A stretch of DNA of 59,702 nucleotides, taken from the NCBI GenBank assembly GCA_964472925.1, contig CAYYNL010000002.1:1-59702 (forward strand). Direction: 5' to 3'. The position numbers and the translations under genes are program-made. Below are positions 29,180-38,162 of the stretch, piece after piece. Position 1 is the stretch's first letter. Each line of letters begins with the position of its first letter. Source of the stretch: an uncultured Fibrobacter sp. (lineage in GTDB: Bacteria > Fibrobacterota > Chitinivibrionia > Chitinivibrionales > Chitinispirillaceae). The notes below the pieces were generated by a model. That model saw nothing but the letters and a program-made list of their open reading frames with translations. It ran no database searches and had not been told where the DNA came from.

Positions 29180-30250
29180 TTATTCACATTTTCTTAAAGC
29201 CAGACCAATAGCTACCGTCAGCAGAGCAGAAAAACTCTTAGGTGCCATGTTCCCAAATAAACTCGGATCGAACTGCAGAAATGACAGTGGATCTGCCAGC
29301 CTGACCTGAATCTGATGCTTTTTGGCCAGAATGGATGCAATATTTGGAATATAAGCACCTCCTCCAGATAAGACCATCTTATCAACACTATCATTTTTCT
29401 CTGAACTTTTGAAATAAGAAAATGCCAGTTCAATACCCGATGAAAGCTCCTCTGCAGCATACTCGATACTTTGCAGAACCTTATTGGGATCTATGGAATC
29501 GATCATACGTCCTTTCAATACCTGGAATGCCTCTTCACTATTGAGACCAAGATTACGCTGCATTATTTTGTGAAAATATCCACCCGCTGTGGAAACATCT
29601 CTGGTAGAATGATAAACCCCATCTTTAACAAATGTAATATTGGTAAGATCGTGACCAATGTTTACCAGGGCAACAACCCCCTTGTCCGGATTTGCAGATG
29701 ATTCCATTGCATAGCAGTTATTGATGGCGAAAGCATCGACATCAATTATAATCGGGCGTAAACCAGTATCATAAAGAAGGTCGATGTATTTCTGCATGAT
29801 CTGATTTTTTGCAGCTATAAGCAGAACTTCTATCTCCCCGGTCTCGTGGTTGCGGTGAAGGATCTTATAATCAAGGGTGATATCATCCACATCAAAGGGG
29901 CTTCTCTGGCCAGCTTCCCATAAAATCAACTCTTCGGCATTATCATTGGAATCGATTTTAAAAACGAATTTATCTGAGATAATTCCATGACCAGACATAG
30001 AAATAACCACTTCCACAATCGAAGGGTCGCATTGATTTACCAGATTACTTATAGCCTCTATCAGCACATCCCGTTTCTTTATATCACTGCCTTCGATTGT
30101 ACCAGCAGGAAGCTCCTTAATTCCCACTGCCTCTAGAAAATATCCTTCTTTAAGATGAACTATTTTCACCAGTTTTATGGAATGGTTTCCTATATCAAGC
30201 CCTACGGTAGCTTTTCTGGAGCTAAATTTGGTAAACAGTTTCATTTGCAA
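29180..30250 (-). CDS. pilM: type IV pilus assembly ATPase-fold protein PilM
   Basis: 356 aa, actin-like fold motifs VGLDIGNHSIKLVKI, VALVNIGHDLTNITF and MVLSGGGAYIPNI. Confidence 0.9.
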   Translation of the reverse strand: MQMKLFTKFSSRKATVGLDIGNHSIKLVKIVHLKEGYFLEAVGIKELPAGTIEGSDIKKRDVLIEAISNLVNQCDPSIVEVVISMSGHGIISDKFVFKIDSNDNAEELILWEAGQRSPFDVDDITLDYKILHRNHETGEIEVLLIAAKNQIMQKYIDLLYDTGLRPIIIDVDAFAINNCYAMESSANPDKGVVALVNIGHDLTNITFVKDGVYHSTRDVSTAGGYFHKIMQRNLGLNSEEAFQVLKGRMIDSIDPNKVLQSIEYAAEELSSGIELAFSYFKSSEKNDSVDKMVLSGGGAYIPNIASILAKKHQIQVRLADPLSFLQFDPSLFGNMAPKSFSALLTVAIGLALRKCE

Positions 30251-30381
30251 TTACCTATGGTTCTCTGGTTAGTTTTTTCAGGGTTGATAAAGAAAACCTG
30301 CACTATTAACATGTAACATGAATGCAGAAAATTGTCAATGTTAAAACGTTTAAATTAAAGATTTCCGGTCAAAGATGCTCT

Positions 30382-30816
30382 TCAGCGCATCTGCTGTGGT
30401 ATCCAGGTAGAATCCTTTCCCTCCACCTGAAGCATCAGTACAATCTGACGCTCTTCAGTGACACTATTCATATACCCGCGGGAAACGATAGTCATATAAA
30501 GAGTCTGATCTTGAAGATAGGGGCGAAGTTCTACGGAAAAGAAGCCGTTTTCGTAACTGGTTTTCTTGTACCCTTCACGCCAGGATGGTTTCTCATTTAT
30601 CTTTTGCAATGTAAGCAGCATTCCGTACTCACTCAGCTCAATCGCTTTTCTGTGATACTCCTGACCGTTCTGCTGATAATCCTGGATCAACGAATAAATT
30701 AAGGCACCAATTATAATGAGAGTGGTAAAAGCAGCAATTATTCTGAATATTACACCACCATGTTGAAGATAATTGGCTTTCTCCTCATCCGCTTTTTTAA
30801 TTCTTTTTATCATCAA
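30382..30816 (-). CDS. hypothetical membrane-anchored protein
   Basis: 144 aa with one N-terminal TM (VIFRIIAAFTTLIIIGALIYSLI). Co-directional, between the PilZ gene and pilM. Preferred over the antisense ORF at 30322-30702. No prepilin G-F-T-L-I-E motif. Confidence 0.4.
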   Translation of the reverse strand: MMIKRIKKADEEKANYLQHGGVIFRIIAAFTTLIIIGALIYSLIQDYQQNGQEYHRKAIELSEYGMLLTLQKINEKPSWREGYKKTSYENGFFSVELRPYLQDQTLYMTIVSRGYMNSVTEERQIVLMLQVEGKDSTWIPQQMR

Positions 30817-30885
30817 AACTCAGTATCCATTTATCATCAAATTCAAGTATCCGTCCCGATCAAATCTTAATATACACAAAAGCCT

Positions 30886-32043
30886 TCAACGCCATTGATT
30901 AAGTTGACGCTGTTTTTCAAAAACGAATCGGATTATCTTCTCTCTGATTGCAGTTTCAATATTAATAAACTGAAGACTGTGCCTATAAAAGGTGGTATCA
31001 TGAACCTCCTGAAGGCTCACCCGCAAAATTCTGGCCCCAATCCCGCTAAAAACATTATCGGTGATTTTAAAGCTAAGCGATACAATGTCTCCTGGAATAA
31101 AAGATCTCTCTACTACTATACATCCACCACCGCCGCTTATATCAACCATACGGCCTTCAATCAATCCGCCAATCTCTGCATACTCATCTTCCCTTGCACT
31201 TCTAATCAACCTCACCTTTACCGGAATGTTTATGTCTACTCTGGCATACTGACGCAATTGATTTCTGGTCAATTCAAGGGTATGCCTGAAATCAACCGTT
31301 GACTGATCTTTTCCACAGATAACTACCTGAACTCCATATACTCCATCATTTTGTCTGGCCAAAGCAAGCATTACAGATTGCCCCTCAAGTATCCCCAGAC
31401 TTTCCTCTTTTTCAGGATCGTACTGAATCCTGAAATAAAACTCCTTGTTCTTCACCACTCTGGCATTGTGTATAAGTGTAGCCTTACTCCTGCGATTTAT
31501 TACAGTGACTTTCTGTCCTACTTCAAGATTGCGGGTTGAGATAAGTGGATGCTCATATGGAAGAAAACCGTATCCCAGTTTTTTCCTTATCATCCCAAGA
31601 ATCTCTTCCTGCTGTTCGATAACATCCAGAGAAGCATTCTGTTGAAGTAAAGAATTTACTTCTGCATCGATACATCTCTCAAAAAGTGATTCTGATTGAA
31701 AAATTATGTGGGGATGACTGACATTGGTATGCTGAAGAAGTTTTTTTATTTTCTCTATTTCAGCTTCAGTTAACTCCGCCTTTTCTATATTCTTCTGAAA
31801 AATCTGATATGCCAGTTTTTCCATTTCATTCTGACGTCTGAATTTTGCCTGTAAATGCATTAGGACCACGATCCCTATCCCGGCAATAAAAGTCAGAACC
31901 AGCCCTGATATCAAAGAGACATCTGCGCCTCTCCAGCCAATCTGGTCAAAAAGGTTTTGCCCGTTTGCCCCACAGACAAACAATACCGATATTGTCAGTG
32001 GAATCGTAAAAAATATTTTTTTTGAATACAACATAGGTTTCAC
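30886..32043 (-). CDS. membrane-anchored YcgR-like PilZ domain protein (c-di-GMP receptor)
   Basis: PilZ signature RQYARVDI ... DISGGGGCIV (RxxxR / DxSxxG). Preceded by a PilZN-like beta-barrel, a coiled coil, and an N-terminal signal-like segment plus TM helix. Confidence 0.75.
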   Translation of the reverse strand: MKPMLYSKKIFFTIPLTISVLFVCGANGQNLFDQIGWRGADVSLISGLVLTFIAGIGIVVLMHLQAKFRRQNEMEKLAYQIFQKNIEKAELTEAEIEKIKKLLQHTNVSHPHIIFQSESLFERCIDAEVNSLLQQNASLDVIEQQEEILGMIRKKLGYGFLPYEHPLISTRNLEVGQKVTVINRRSKATLIHNARVVKNKEFYFRIQYDPEKEESLGILEGQSVMLALARQNDGVYGVQVVICGKDQSTVDFRHTLELTRNQLRQYARVDINIPVKVRLIRSAREDEYAEIGGLIEGRMVDISGGGGCIVVERSFIPGDIVSLSFKITDNVFSGIGARILRVSLQEVHDTTFYRHSLQFINIETAIREKIIRFVFEKQRQLNQWR

Positions 32044-32179
32044 CTGATTAGAAAAGTATAAAGGTTAAACACTAAATTGTCCATGTTTTTTTAACCCTTT
32101 ACCCATTATGTACCCTGATACTATCCTGTTGCATAACTGATTAACCCCAGTTATAATCATTAAGAGGTTACAAAAAAAA

Positions 32180-32500
32180 ATGAAAAAAATAGCAGTTGAA
32201 AAAATTGAAGATGGGATGATACTATACAGAAAAGTCTGCAACTCATCAGGAAACATTCTGGTTTCCAAAGGCGTATCACTTACAGCAGCACTGGGAAGAA
32301 GGTTGAAAAACTGGGGAATTCATTATGTTTACGTTGAAGGAGAAGAGCAGTCAACGGAGGAATCAACCATTATATCCAGTTCTCCAGAAGAGCTTAAAAC
32401 ACATCTGTTATCCAAGTTTTCCTCTGTAATAGAAAATCCCATAATGGAAAAACTTTTTGTGGCCGTTTACCAGTACCGTTTACAAAAAAACAGCAGATAG
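32180..32500 (+). CDS. hypothetical small protein
   Basis: 106 aa. MKKIAVEKIEDGMILYRKVCNSSGNILVSKGVSLTAALGRRLKNWGIHYVYVEG resembles the small N-terminal domains often found ahead of HD-GYP/HDOD proteins. Stop lies 8 nt before the HDOD ATG. Confidence 0.45.
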   Translation: MKKIAVEKIEDGMILYRKVCNSSGNILVSKGVSLTAALGRRLKNWGIHYVYVEGEEQSTEESTIISSSPEELKTHLLSKFSSVIENPIMEKLFVAVYQYRLQKNSR

Positions 32501-32507
32501 GGTAATA

Positions 32508-33368
32508 ATGCCAGACCAAAAGAAAATAATGGAGAAGATAAGTACTCTCTCTTCCATCCCTACTTTACCTTCTATTATCGGACAGATTACCAGTCTTCTT
32601 CAAAACCCAAAAACCTCTGCAGAAGAACTGGGACGGGCTATTGCATCCGATCAGGCTCTTGCCGCCAAAGTATTAAAACTGGTAAACTCGGCATTCTATG
32701 GATTCCCCGGACGAATCAGCACTATCACCCATGCAATTGTAATACTTGGATTTTCCACCATTAAAAATGTGGTTCTCACAGCTTCTATTCTGGATATATT
32801 CAAAAAGAAATCGGACAATCTCATCGATTTTGATATAGAACAGTTCTGGATGCATTCTATCGCTTGTGGAGCTGCTGCAAAATCAATTGCTCGGTTCACC
32901 GACAATAAAATAAAGGAAGAATGTTTCATTGCAGGTCTGATCCATGATGTAGGTAAAATTCTGCTTTATCAGTATCTTCCGGAACTCTTCATGAAAACGT
33001 ATGCCTTTTCAATCCAGAACAAGCTGCTTTTTTATCAAAGCGAACTGCAATTGTTCCAAATAACCCATCAGGAAATTGGTGGTACTCTGGCAGAAAAGTG
33101 GAATCTTCCGCAAATGCTGCAACAGGCGATCAAATATCATCATACTCCCAATCCGGTTCAGGAGTGTTTTTCCACCAATTCGATTGTCCATTGTGCAGAT
33201 ATTCTGGTAAGAGCTCTTGATTTTGGTAATGGAGGTGATAATAAATTACCTAACTTGTCTGAAATCGCTTGGAAAAGCCTCAATCTTGATGCCATTCCAG
33301 CTTCAACCCTCTTTGACATGATTTCAGATGAAATAGAAAAAGCTACTGCATTTATTCAATTATCCTGA
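32508..33368 (+). CDS. HDOD domain-containing signalling protein
   Basis: LPTLPSIIGQITSLLQNPKTSAEELGRAIASDQALAAKVLKLVNSAFYGFPGRISTITHAIVILGF and GLIHDVGK are canonical HDOD motifs. ATG 32508 chosen. Confidence 0.8.
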   Translation: MPDQKKIMEKISTLSSIPTLPSIIGQITSLLQNPKTSAEELGRAIASDQALAAKVLKLVNSAFYGFPGRISTITHAIVILGFSTIKNVVLTASILDIFKKKSDNLIDFDIEQFWMHSIACGAAAKSIARFTDNKIKEECFIAGLIHDVGKILLYQYLPELFMKTYAFSIQNKLLFYQSELQLFQITHQEIGGTLAEKWNLPQMLQQAIKYHHTPNPVQECFSTNSIVHCADILVRALDFGNGGDNKLPNLSEIAWKSLNLDAIPASTLFDMISDEIEKATAFIQLS

Positions 33369-33388
33369 AGATGATGTCTTTGCCATTT

Positions 33389-33422
33389 ACTACAGGTGAA
33401 ATCTTCTGTAGTTTTCTTTTTT
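33389..33422 (+). terminator. Rho-independent terminator after the HDOD gene
   Basis: ACTACAG-(10 nt loop)-CTGTAGT hairpin followed by TTTTCTTTTTT, beginning 21 nt after the stop codon. Confidence 0.45.
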
Positions 33423-33838
33423 CATGGTAGGAATAGTAAATGAAAAGAGAACAATGGCGCAACTTTCCTATATCCTTTTACCGTTTACAAATCAATAGAT
33501 GTTGAGTTGCTGCTGTCATGCCTGTTTTTGTAGATTTTTCCTTTAATGCACTTAACTTCATATTCAATAGAGTTTATGTTTATTTTATTAATAAGGGGTG
33601 GTAATAAAAGAAAACAATTAATGAAACTGTATCGATTGCCGTCTGGCATTACTTCTCCTGATCGTTTTGATCTCTGGAAATATTCTGCGTTTCAAGATTC
33701 TTTAAAAACAGCTTTTGACGAAGTTGAGAACGGATTTTCTGATTCTCCTGGTGACTTTGAGGCATCCTAAAACCTCTTATTAGAAATGTAAGCACCAGCA
33801 GACCAAACAATATCAGTATATAGGCTGTGAGTGGAAGA

Positions 33839-34819
33839 TCAAAAAGATCCATACGTATACTCCTTGCTGAAATTACTTTTTGGTCTCAGTTCCGATTCTT
33901 CACACATTTCTTGGCTATATGATCCACCTTCATTTACAATAAGGAAATCAGAAATACTTCTCCATGAAGCCAAACCATGTTTTTGCATCCTGTTAATCAT
34001 CACCTTCAAAAGCGCAAAAGACATCTTGCTCAATTCTGCCACAGTGCGATTCCGATGCCAACGCTGCTCCATATCTACCTGAGCAACTCTTGATAAACCC
34101 CTGGAAAAATAGATATCCATTAACAACCCTATCTCTACTCCATACCCGGAAAAGATAGGTAAGTTTTCCAACAGAGAACGACTTATGGCATATTCACCAG
34201 CCAGAGGCTGATTAAAACAGGCTAATTCAGGAATGAATGCAGAAAGCAAAGGTCGCACTAAAATTTCGGTAACCCTTCCACCCTGATTCTCATACACTCC
34301 AGACCCTAAAAGTAATGGTCGTTTGTAAAACGCTTTAACAAAATCAAACTCCTGATAAATCAGCAAAGGACCCAGAAGTCCGCAGATAAACCGCTCATCA
34401 AAATCTATTATATCCGAATCGATAAATACCAGAATGTCACCAGAGGTTACAAACTGAGATTTCCACAAAGCAACTCCTTTACCATAGCAGTCTACCTTCG
34501 GACCGGCAGAATCCGGAGTGTAAACCGATGCACCGGCTTTAACAGCCTCTTTTACCGTACTGTCATTAGAAAAACCATCCATAACCACTATTTCATCCAC
34601 GATCTCTATCTCCTTCACCATCTTCTGATGAATTCTGGAAACGATCGTCCCGATGGTCCTTTCCTCATTCAGTGCCGGAATGACCACACTTATCCTTATT
34701 TCCCTCTGTTTTTTTGCCTGCAGTAATTGTGGTTTTGATAAAAAGGCGCTACTGTGAAAAGTCTTTATCATCCATTTATCCGAAAAATATGAGGAATAGT
34801 AAAGAATGTAATGATACAT
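33839..34819 (-). CDS. GT-A fold glycosyltransferase, glucosyl-3-phosphoglycerate synthase-like
   Basis: ISVVIPALNEERTIGTIV, MDGFSNDST and FIDSDI (DxD) in a ~320-aa protein resemble the GpgS/MpgS-type GT2/GT81 enzymes. Confidence 0.55.
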   Translation of the reverse strand: MYHYILYYSSYFSDKWMIKTFHSSAFLSKPQLLQAKKQREIRISVVIPALNEERTIGTIVSRIHQKMVKEIEIVDEIVVMDGFSNDSTVKEAVKAGASVYTPDSAGPKVDCYGKGVALWKSQFVTSGDILVFIDSDIIDFDERFICGLLGPLLIYQEFDFVKAFYKRPLLLGSGVYENQGGRVTEILVRPLLSAFIPELACFNQPLAGEYAISRSLLENLPIFSGYGVEIGLLMDIYFSRGLSRVAQVDMEQRWHRNRTVAELSKMSFALLKVMINRMQKHGLASWRSISDFLIVNEGGSYSQEMCEESELRPKSNFSKEYTYGSF

Positions 34820-35041
34820 TCAAAAGACAATATCGGGCAACCCCTTTTACTGTCTTTCGAATGTTTCCAAAACTGACAACTATCTGGCCTAAATCTTACA
34901 ATTCACGCCACACAACGCAATACAAGATAAAAAACGGTGCTTTTGCACCAGATAACATACCCCAAAATACGACAGTAATAATCGTCGGAAATCAGGCAAT
35001 ACCTAAATCATAGGAATCAGGTATCACCTTATATTCTGCAC

Positions 35042-36550
35042 TTAGAAAAGCGCAACTCCGCTCATCTCCTGAGGTTGAGCAATCCCAAGAATCTTTAACA
35101 TTGTAGGAGCAATATCAGAAAGCTTGCCACCTTCCCTAAGATTAAGATCACCATTACCCACTATGGTCAATGGTACGACATTGGTGGTATGTGCAGTCAT
35201 GGGAGAGCCATCTTCTAGCATTGTCTGCTCTGCATTACCGTGATCTGCAGTTAAAATACAGCAACCGCCTTTGGCTAACACCGCTTCTACTACATCATGT
35301 ACACAAGTATCCACAGTCTCCACCGCTTTGACGATTGCACTGAAAACTCCAGTATGGCCTACCATGTCACAATTGGCAAAATTACAAATGATCACATCAT
35401 ATTTTTCGCTATTTATCGCCTCTACCAGCTTATCCCGCACCTCAAAAGCACTCATTGAAGGAGCAAGATCATAAGTTGCCACTTTCGGGCTGTTCACCAG
35501 GATTCTTTCCTCACCATTAAAGGGCTCATTCTTTTGTCCGTTAAAGAAAAAGGTGACATGTGCATACTTTTCTGTCTCTGCGCATCTTAACTGCTTAAGA
35601 CCATTTTTTGCCAGTACCTCTCCAAGAATATTTTTGTTTTCCAACTCAGGATATGCTTCTTCAAAATTTCCATTATCATAATAATGAGTCATCGCAACAA
35701 AACATGGAACGATAAATGGACGTTTTTCAAATCCGGTAAAATCCGACTCAACCATAGCTTTGGTTAACTGACGGGTCCTGTCAAAACGAAAATTGAAAAA
35801 TATAAAAGCATCATTTGGATTCATCCCCTGGTAATCGATAATCCGCGGCTTGATAAATTCATCAGTCTGGTTTGATTCATAAGAATTCTCAATCGCATCT
35901 TTCCAATTGCTTTCCTTTATTCCTGTACCCTCGATAACTGCGCGATAAGCAAGCTCGGTCCTGTCCCAGCGGTTATCCCTGTCCATGGCATAATAGCGCC
36001 CGATCACCGTAGCCACTCTTCCCACTCCCACCTGATCGATTCCATCCTGAAGAAACTTCATGTGTTCCAAAGCCGATTTAGGCGCAGTATCTCGTCCGTC
36101 AGTGATGGCATGAATAAGAACATTACTGAATTGACGTTTTTTACAAAGTTTCAATAAAGCTATGCAATGTCTGGTTACAGCATGAACGCCTTCCTCCTGA
36201 ATCAGACCCATAAGATGCAGTGTGCTGCCGTGTTCCTGAGCATAATCTATGGCCCTGTTGAATGCTTTATTGCTAAAGAAATCTCCATCACTAATTGATT
36301 TGTCTATTCTGGTAAGGCTTTGGTAAATAGTTCTTCCGGCACCGATGTTCAAATGTCCTACTTCACTATTACCCATATAACCTTCGGGCAGCCCGGCACT
36401 CAGACCTGATGTTTCAATAAAAGTCGTCGGAAAATTCTTCTCGTAAAAATCTGTAAATGGTGTTCTGGCTTTGTAAATGGCATTTGAATCCTCTTCATTA
36501 CCTTTACCCCATCCGTCACGCAGTATCAGACATACAGGCCGTTTCTTCAT
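35042..36550 (-). CDS. gpmI: 2,3-bisphosphoglycerate-independent phosphoglycerate mutase
   Basis: 502 aa. ILRDGWG, GNSEVGHLNIGAGR, ITDGRDT, NFANCDMVGHTG and LTADHGNAE are hallmark iPGM motifs. Confidence 0.95.
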   Translation of the reverse strand: MKKRPVCLILRDGWGKGNEEDSNAIYKARTPFTDFYEKNFPTTFIETSGLSAGLPEGYMGNSEVGHLNIGAGRTIYQSLTRIDKSISDGDFFSNKAFNRAIDYAQEHGSTLHLMGLIQEEGVHAVTRHCIALLKLCKKRQFSNVLIHAITDGRDTAPKSALEHMKFLQDGIDQVGVGRVATVIGRYYAMDRDNRWDRTELAYRAVIEGTGIKESNWKDAIENSYESNQTDEFIKPRIIDYQGMNPNDAFIFFNFRFDRTRQLTKAMVESDFTGFEKRPFIVPCFVAMTHYYDNGNFEEAYPELENKNILGEVLAKNGLKQLRCAETEKYAHVTFFFNGQKNEPFNGEERILVNSPKVATYDLAPSMSAFEVRDKLVEAINSEKYDVIICNFANCDMVGHTGVFSAIVKAVETVDTCVHDVVEAVLAKGGCCILTADHGNAEQTMLEDGSPMTAHTTNVVPLTIVGNGDLNLREGGKLSDIAPTMLKILGIAQPQEMSGVALF

Positions 36551-36991
36551 TTAGATAATGCTCCTTGAGAAAAAATTTATACCTGCTCCGCTTAAGACAG
36601 CCTTTCAGCGATCTATCGAAGCGAATTAAAGAGTTCAGCTAACCCGCTTTAGCCCATTAATCGGGTAAAGCCAGAATTAAAGCCTCTAAATATAGTAAAA
36701 ATCCTTTAACTACTCTGAAATTTCCGATAATTATAAAATCCAAAAAATTCCAAAACTATAGGCATCGAATCACAAACCCCCAATAGGAAAATTCCAATAA
36801 CCAATTATTAAAAGATCCCATTCCTGTTTCGGATTTCTAATTCTCCTTTCATACTCCTGTTCTTTTTTCCAATTTCTAACATTGTAACTTAGGATTTGTT
36901 TGAATTTATAGGAAACCAATATTTTGATTTTTATCCGCAGAAAGGCTATCTTTAAGGATTAAAAAACTGCAATCATTTTTCTTTTGAGGGA

Positions 36992-37978
36992 ATGATCATG
37001 CGACCAGCATCTTATACTTATTTATCTGAAAATGAATGGAATGAGCGTATCTCTAAAGCAGAGGCTATTGCTGCAAATTGCCAGCTCTGCCCCAGACGAT
37101 GCCGGGTGAATCGGCTTATTGGAGAAAAAGGATTCTGTGCCGCCCCTGATAAAATGATCATTTCCAGCATTTTCCCTCATCATGGTGAAGAACCCCCGAT
37201 TTCCGGTGAAAAAGGTTCAGGAACGGTCTTCTTCTCTTTTTGTACTCTTAAGTGCTGCTTCTGCCAAAATTACCAGATTTCCCACGAACACGAGGGGAAA
37301 CCTTACTCGATTGAGGAACTGGCCGATAAAATGCTTCATCTTCAGGAGCTTGGATGTCACAACATTAATCTGGTAACCGCAACTCATTTTCTTCCCTGGA
37401 TCCTCAAGTCACTAAGGGAAGCAGCCAAAAAAGGGCTCTATCTTCCCATCGTTTATAATTGCGGGGGTTATGAACTCTGTTCCACTATTTCACTGCTTTC
37501 CGATATTGTTGACATCTATCTTCCAGATATGAAATATGGCATAGAAAAAGCGGCAACCGATTATTCATGTGCTCCTGATTATGTGCAAATTAATAGAGAT
37601 GCAATTAAGGAGATGTTTCGCCATGCTGGACCATTGCGCTTGGATCAAGATGGAATTGCATGGAGAGGTCTTTGTATACGCCATCTGGTGCTTCCGGGTA
37701 ACCTGGAATCCAGCATATCAATCTGTAAATTCCTCAGTTCAACTTTTGATCCTGAAGATATCTCAATAAGCCTCATGGCCCAATACAGGCCTCTTTTTAA
37801 GGCAGATCAATTTGAAGCGCTAAGGAATACTCTTACTCCTGAAAGCTACTCTCTTATCAGGGACAAATTTATTTCTGCAGGATTTGGAGGGTATTACCAG
37901 GAATTGGAACAGTTGGACAAATCATTTCTGATTAACTTTAAGGAGCATAAGGATAAGCCATTGACTGGTAATTCATAG
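36992..37978 (+). CDS. radical SAM protein (PflX-like, pyruvate formate-lyase-activase-related)
   Basis: CPRRCRVNR...GFC N-terminal Cys cluster plus FFSFCTLKCCFCQNYQIS (CX3CX2C), about 330 aa. Confidence 0.8.
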   Translation: MIMRPASYTYLSENEWNERISKAEAIAANCQLCPRRCRVNRLIGEKGFCAAPDKMIISSIFPHHGEEPPISGEKGSGTVFFSFCTLKCCFCQNYQISHEHEGKPYSIEELADKMLHLQELGCHNINLVTATHFLPWILKSLREAAKKGLYLPIVYNCGGYELCSTISLLSDIVDIYLPDMKYGIEKAATDYSCAPDYVQINRDAIKEMFRHAGPLRLDQDGIAWRGLCIRHLVLPGNLESSISICKFLSSTFDPEDISISLMAQYRPLFKADQFEALRNTLTPESYSLIRDKFISAGFGGYYQELEQLDKSFLINFKEHKDKPLTGNS

Positions 37979-38162
37979 GATTCAGCCATTTCATTTACAT
38001 CTATGTTCTTCACGCCCGTACTTTAATCTCGCATCCACCATTATTTATCTTTCTTCCCCCAATTAAGTTTTTTTGTAAATTAATAGGAATCCCTTTTTTC
38101 GGGTAATAAATAAAATGTTTGAATAATTAACAGAAAATAATATCTTGAACAAGACGCTCCAA

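Noticed and set aside
30322-30702. 126-aa plus-strand ORF overlapping the 144-aa minus-strand ORF
   Set aside because: The minus-strand ORF is co-directional with the PilZ and pilM genes and has a clean single TM anchor. The plus-strand frame has no start context or recognisable features.
33649-33852. 67-aa minus-strand ORF with one TM helix overlapping the GpgS-like gene stop
   Set aside because: It is plausible as a small membrane protein, but it competes with an equally long plus-strand ORF (33546-33770) and has no supporting motif. It is not reported as a feature.
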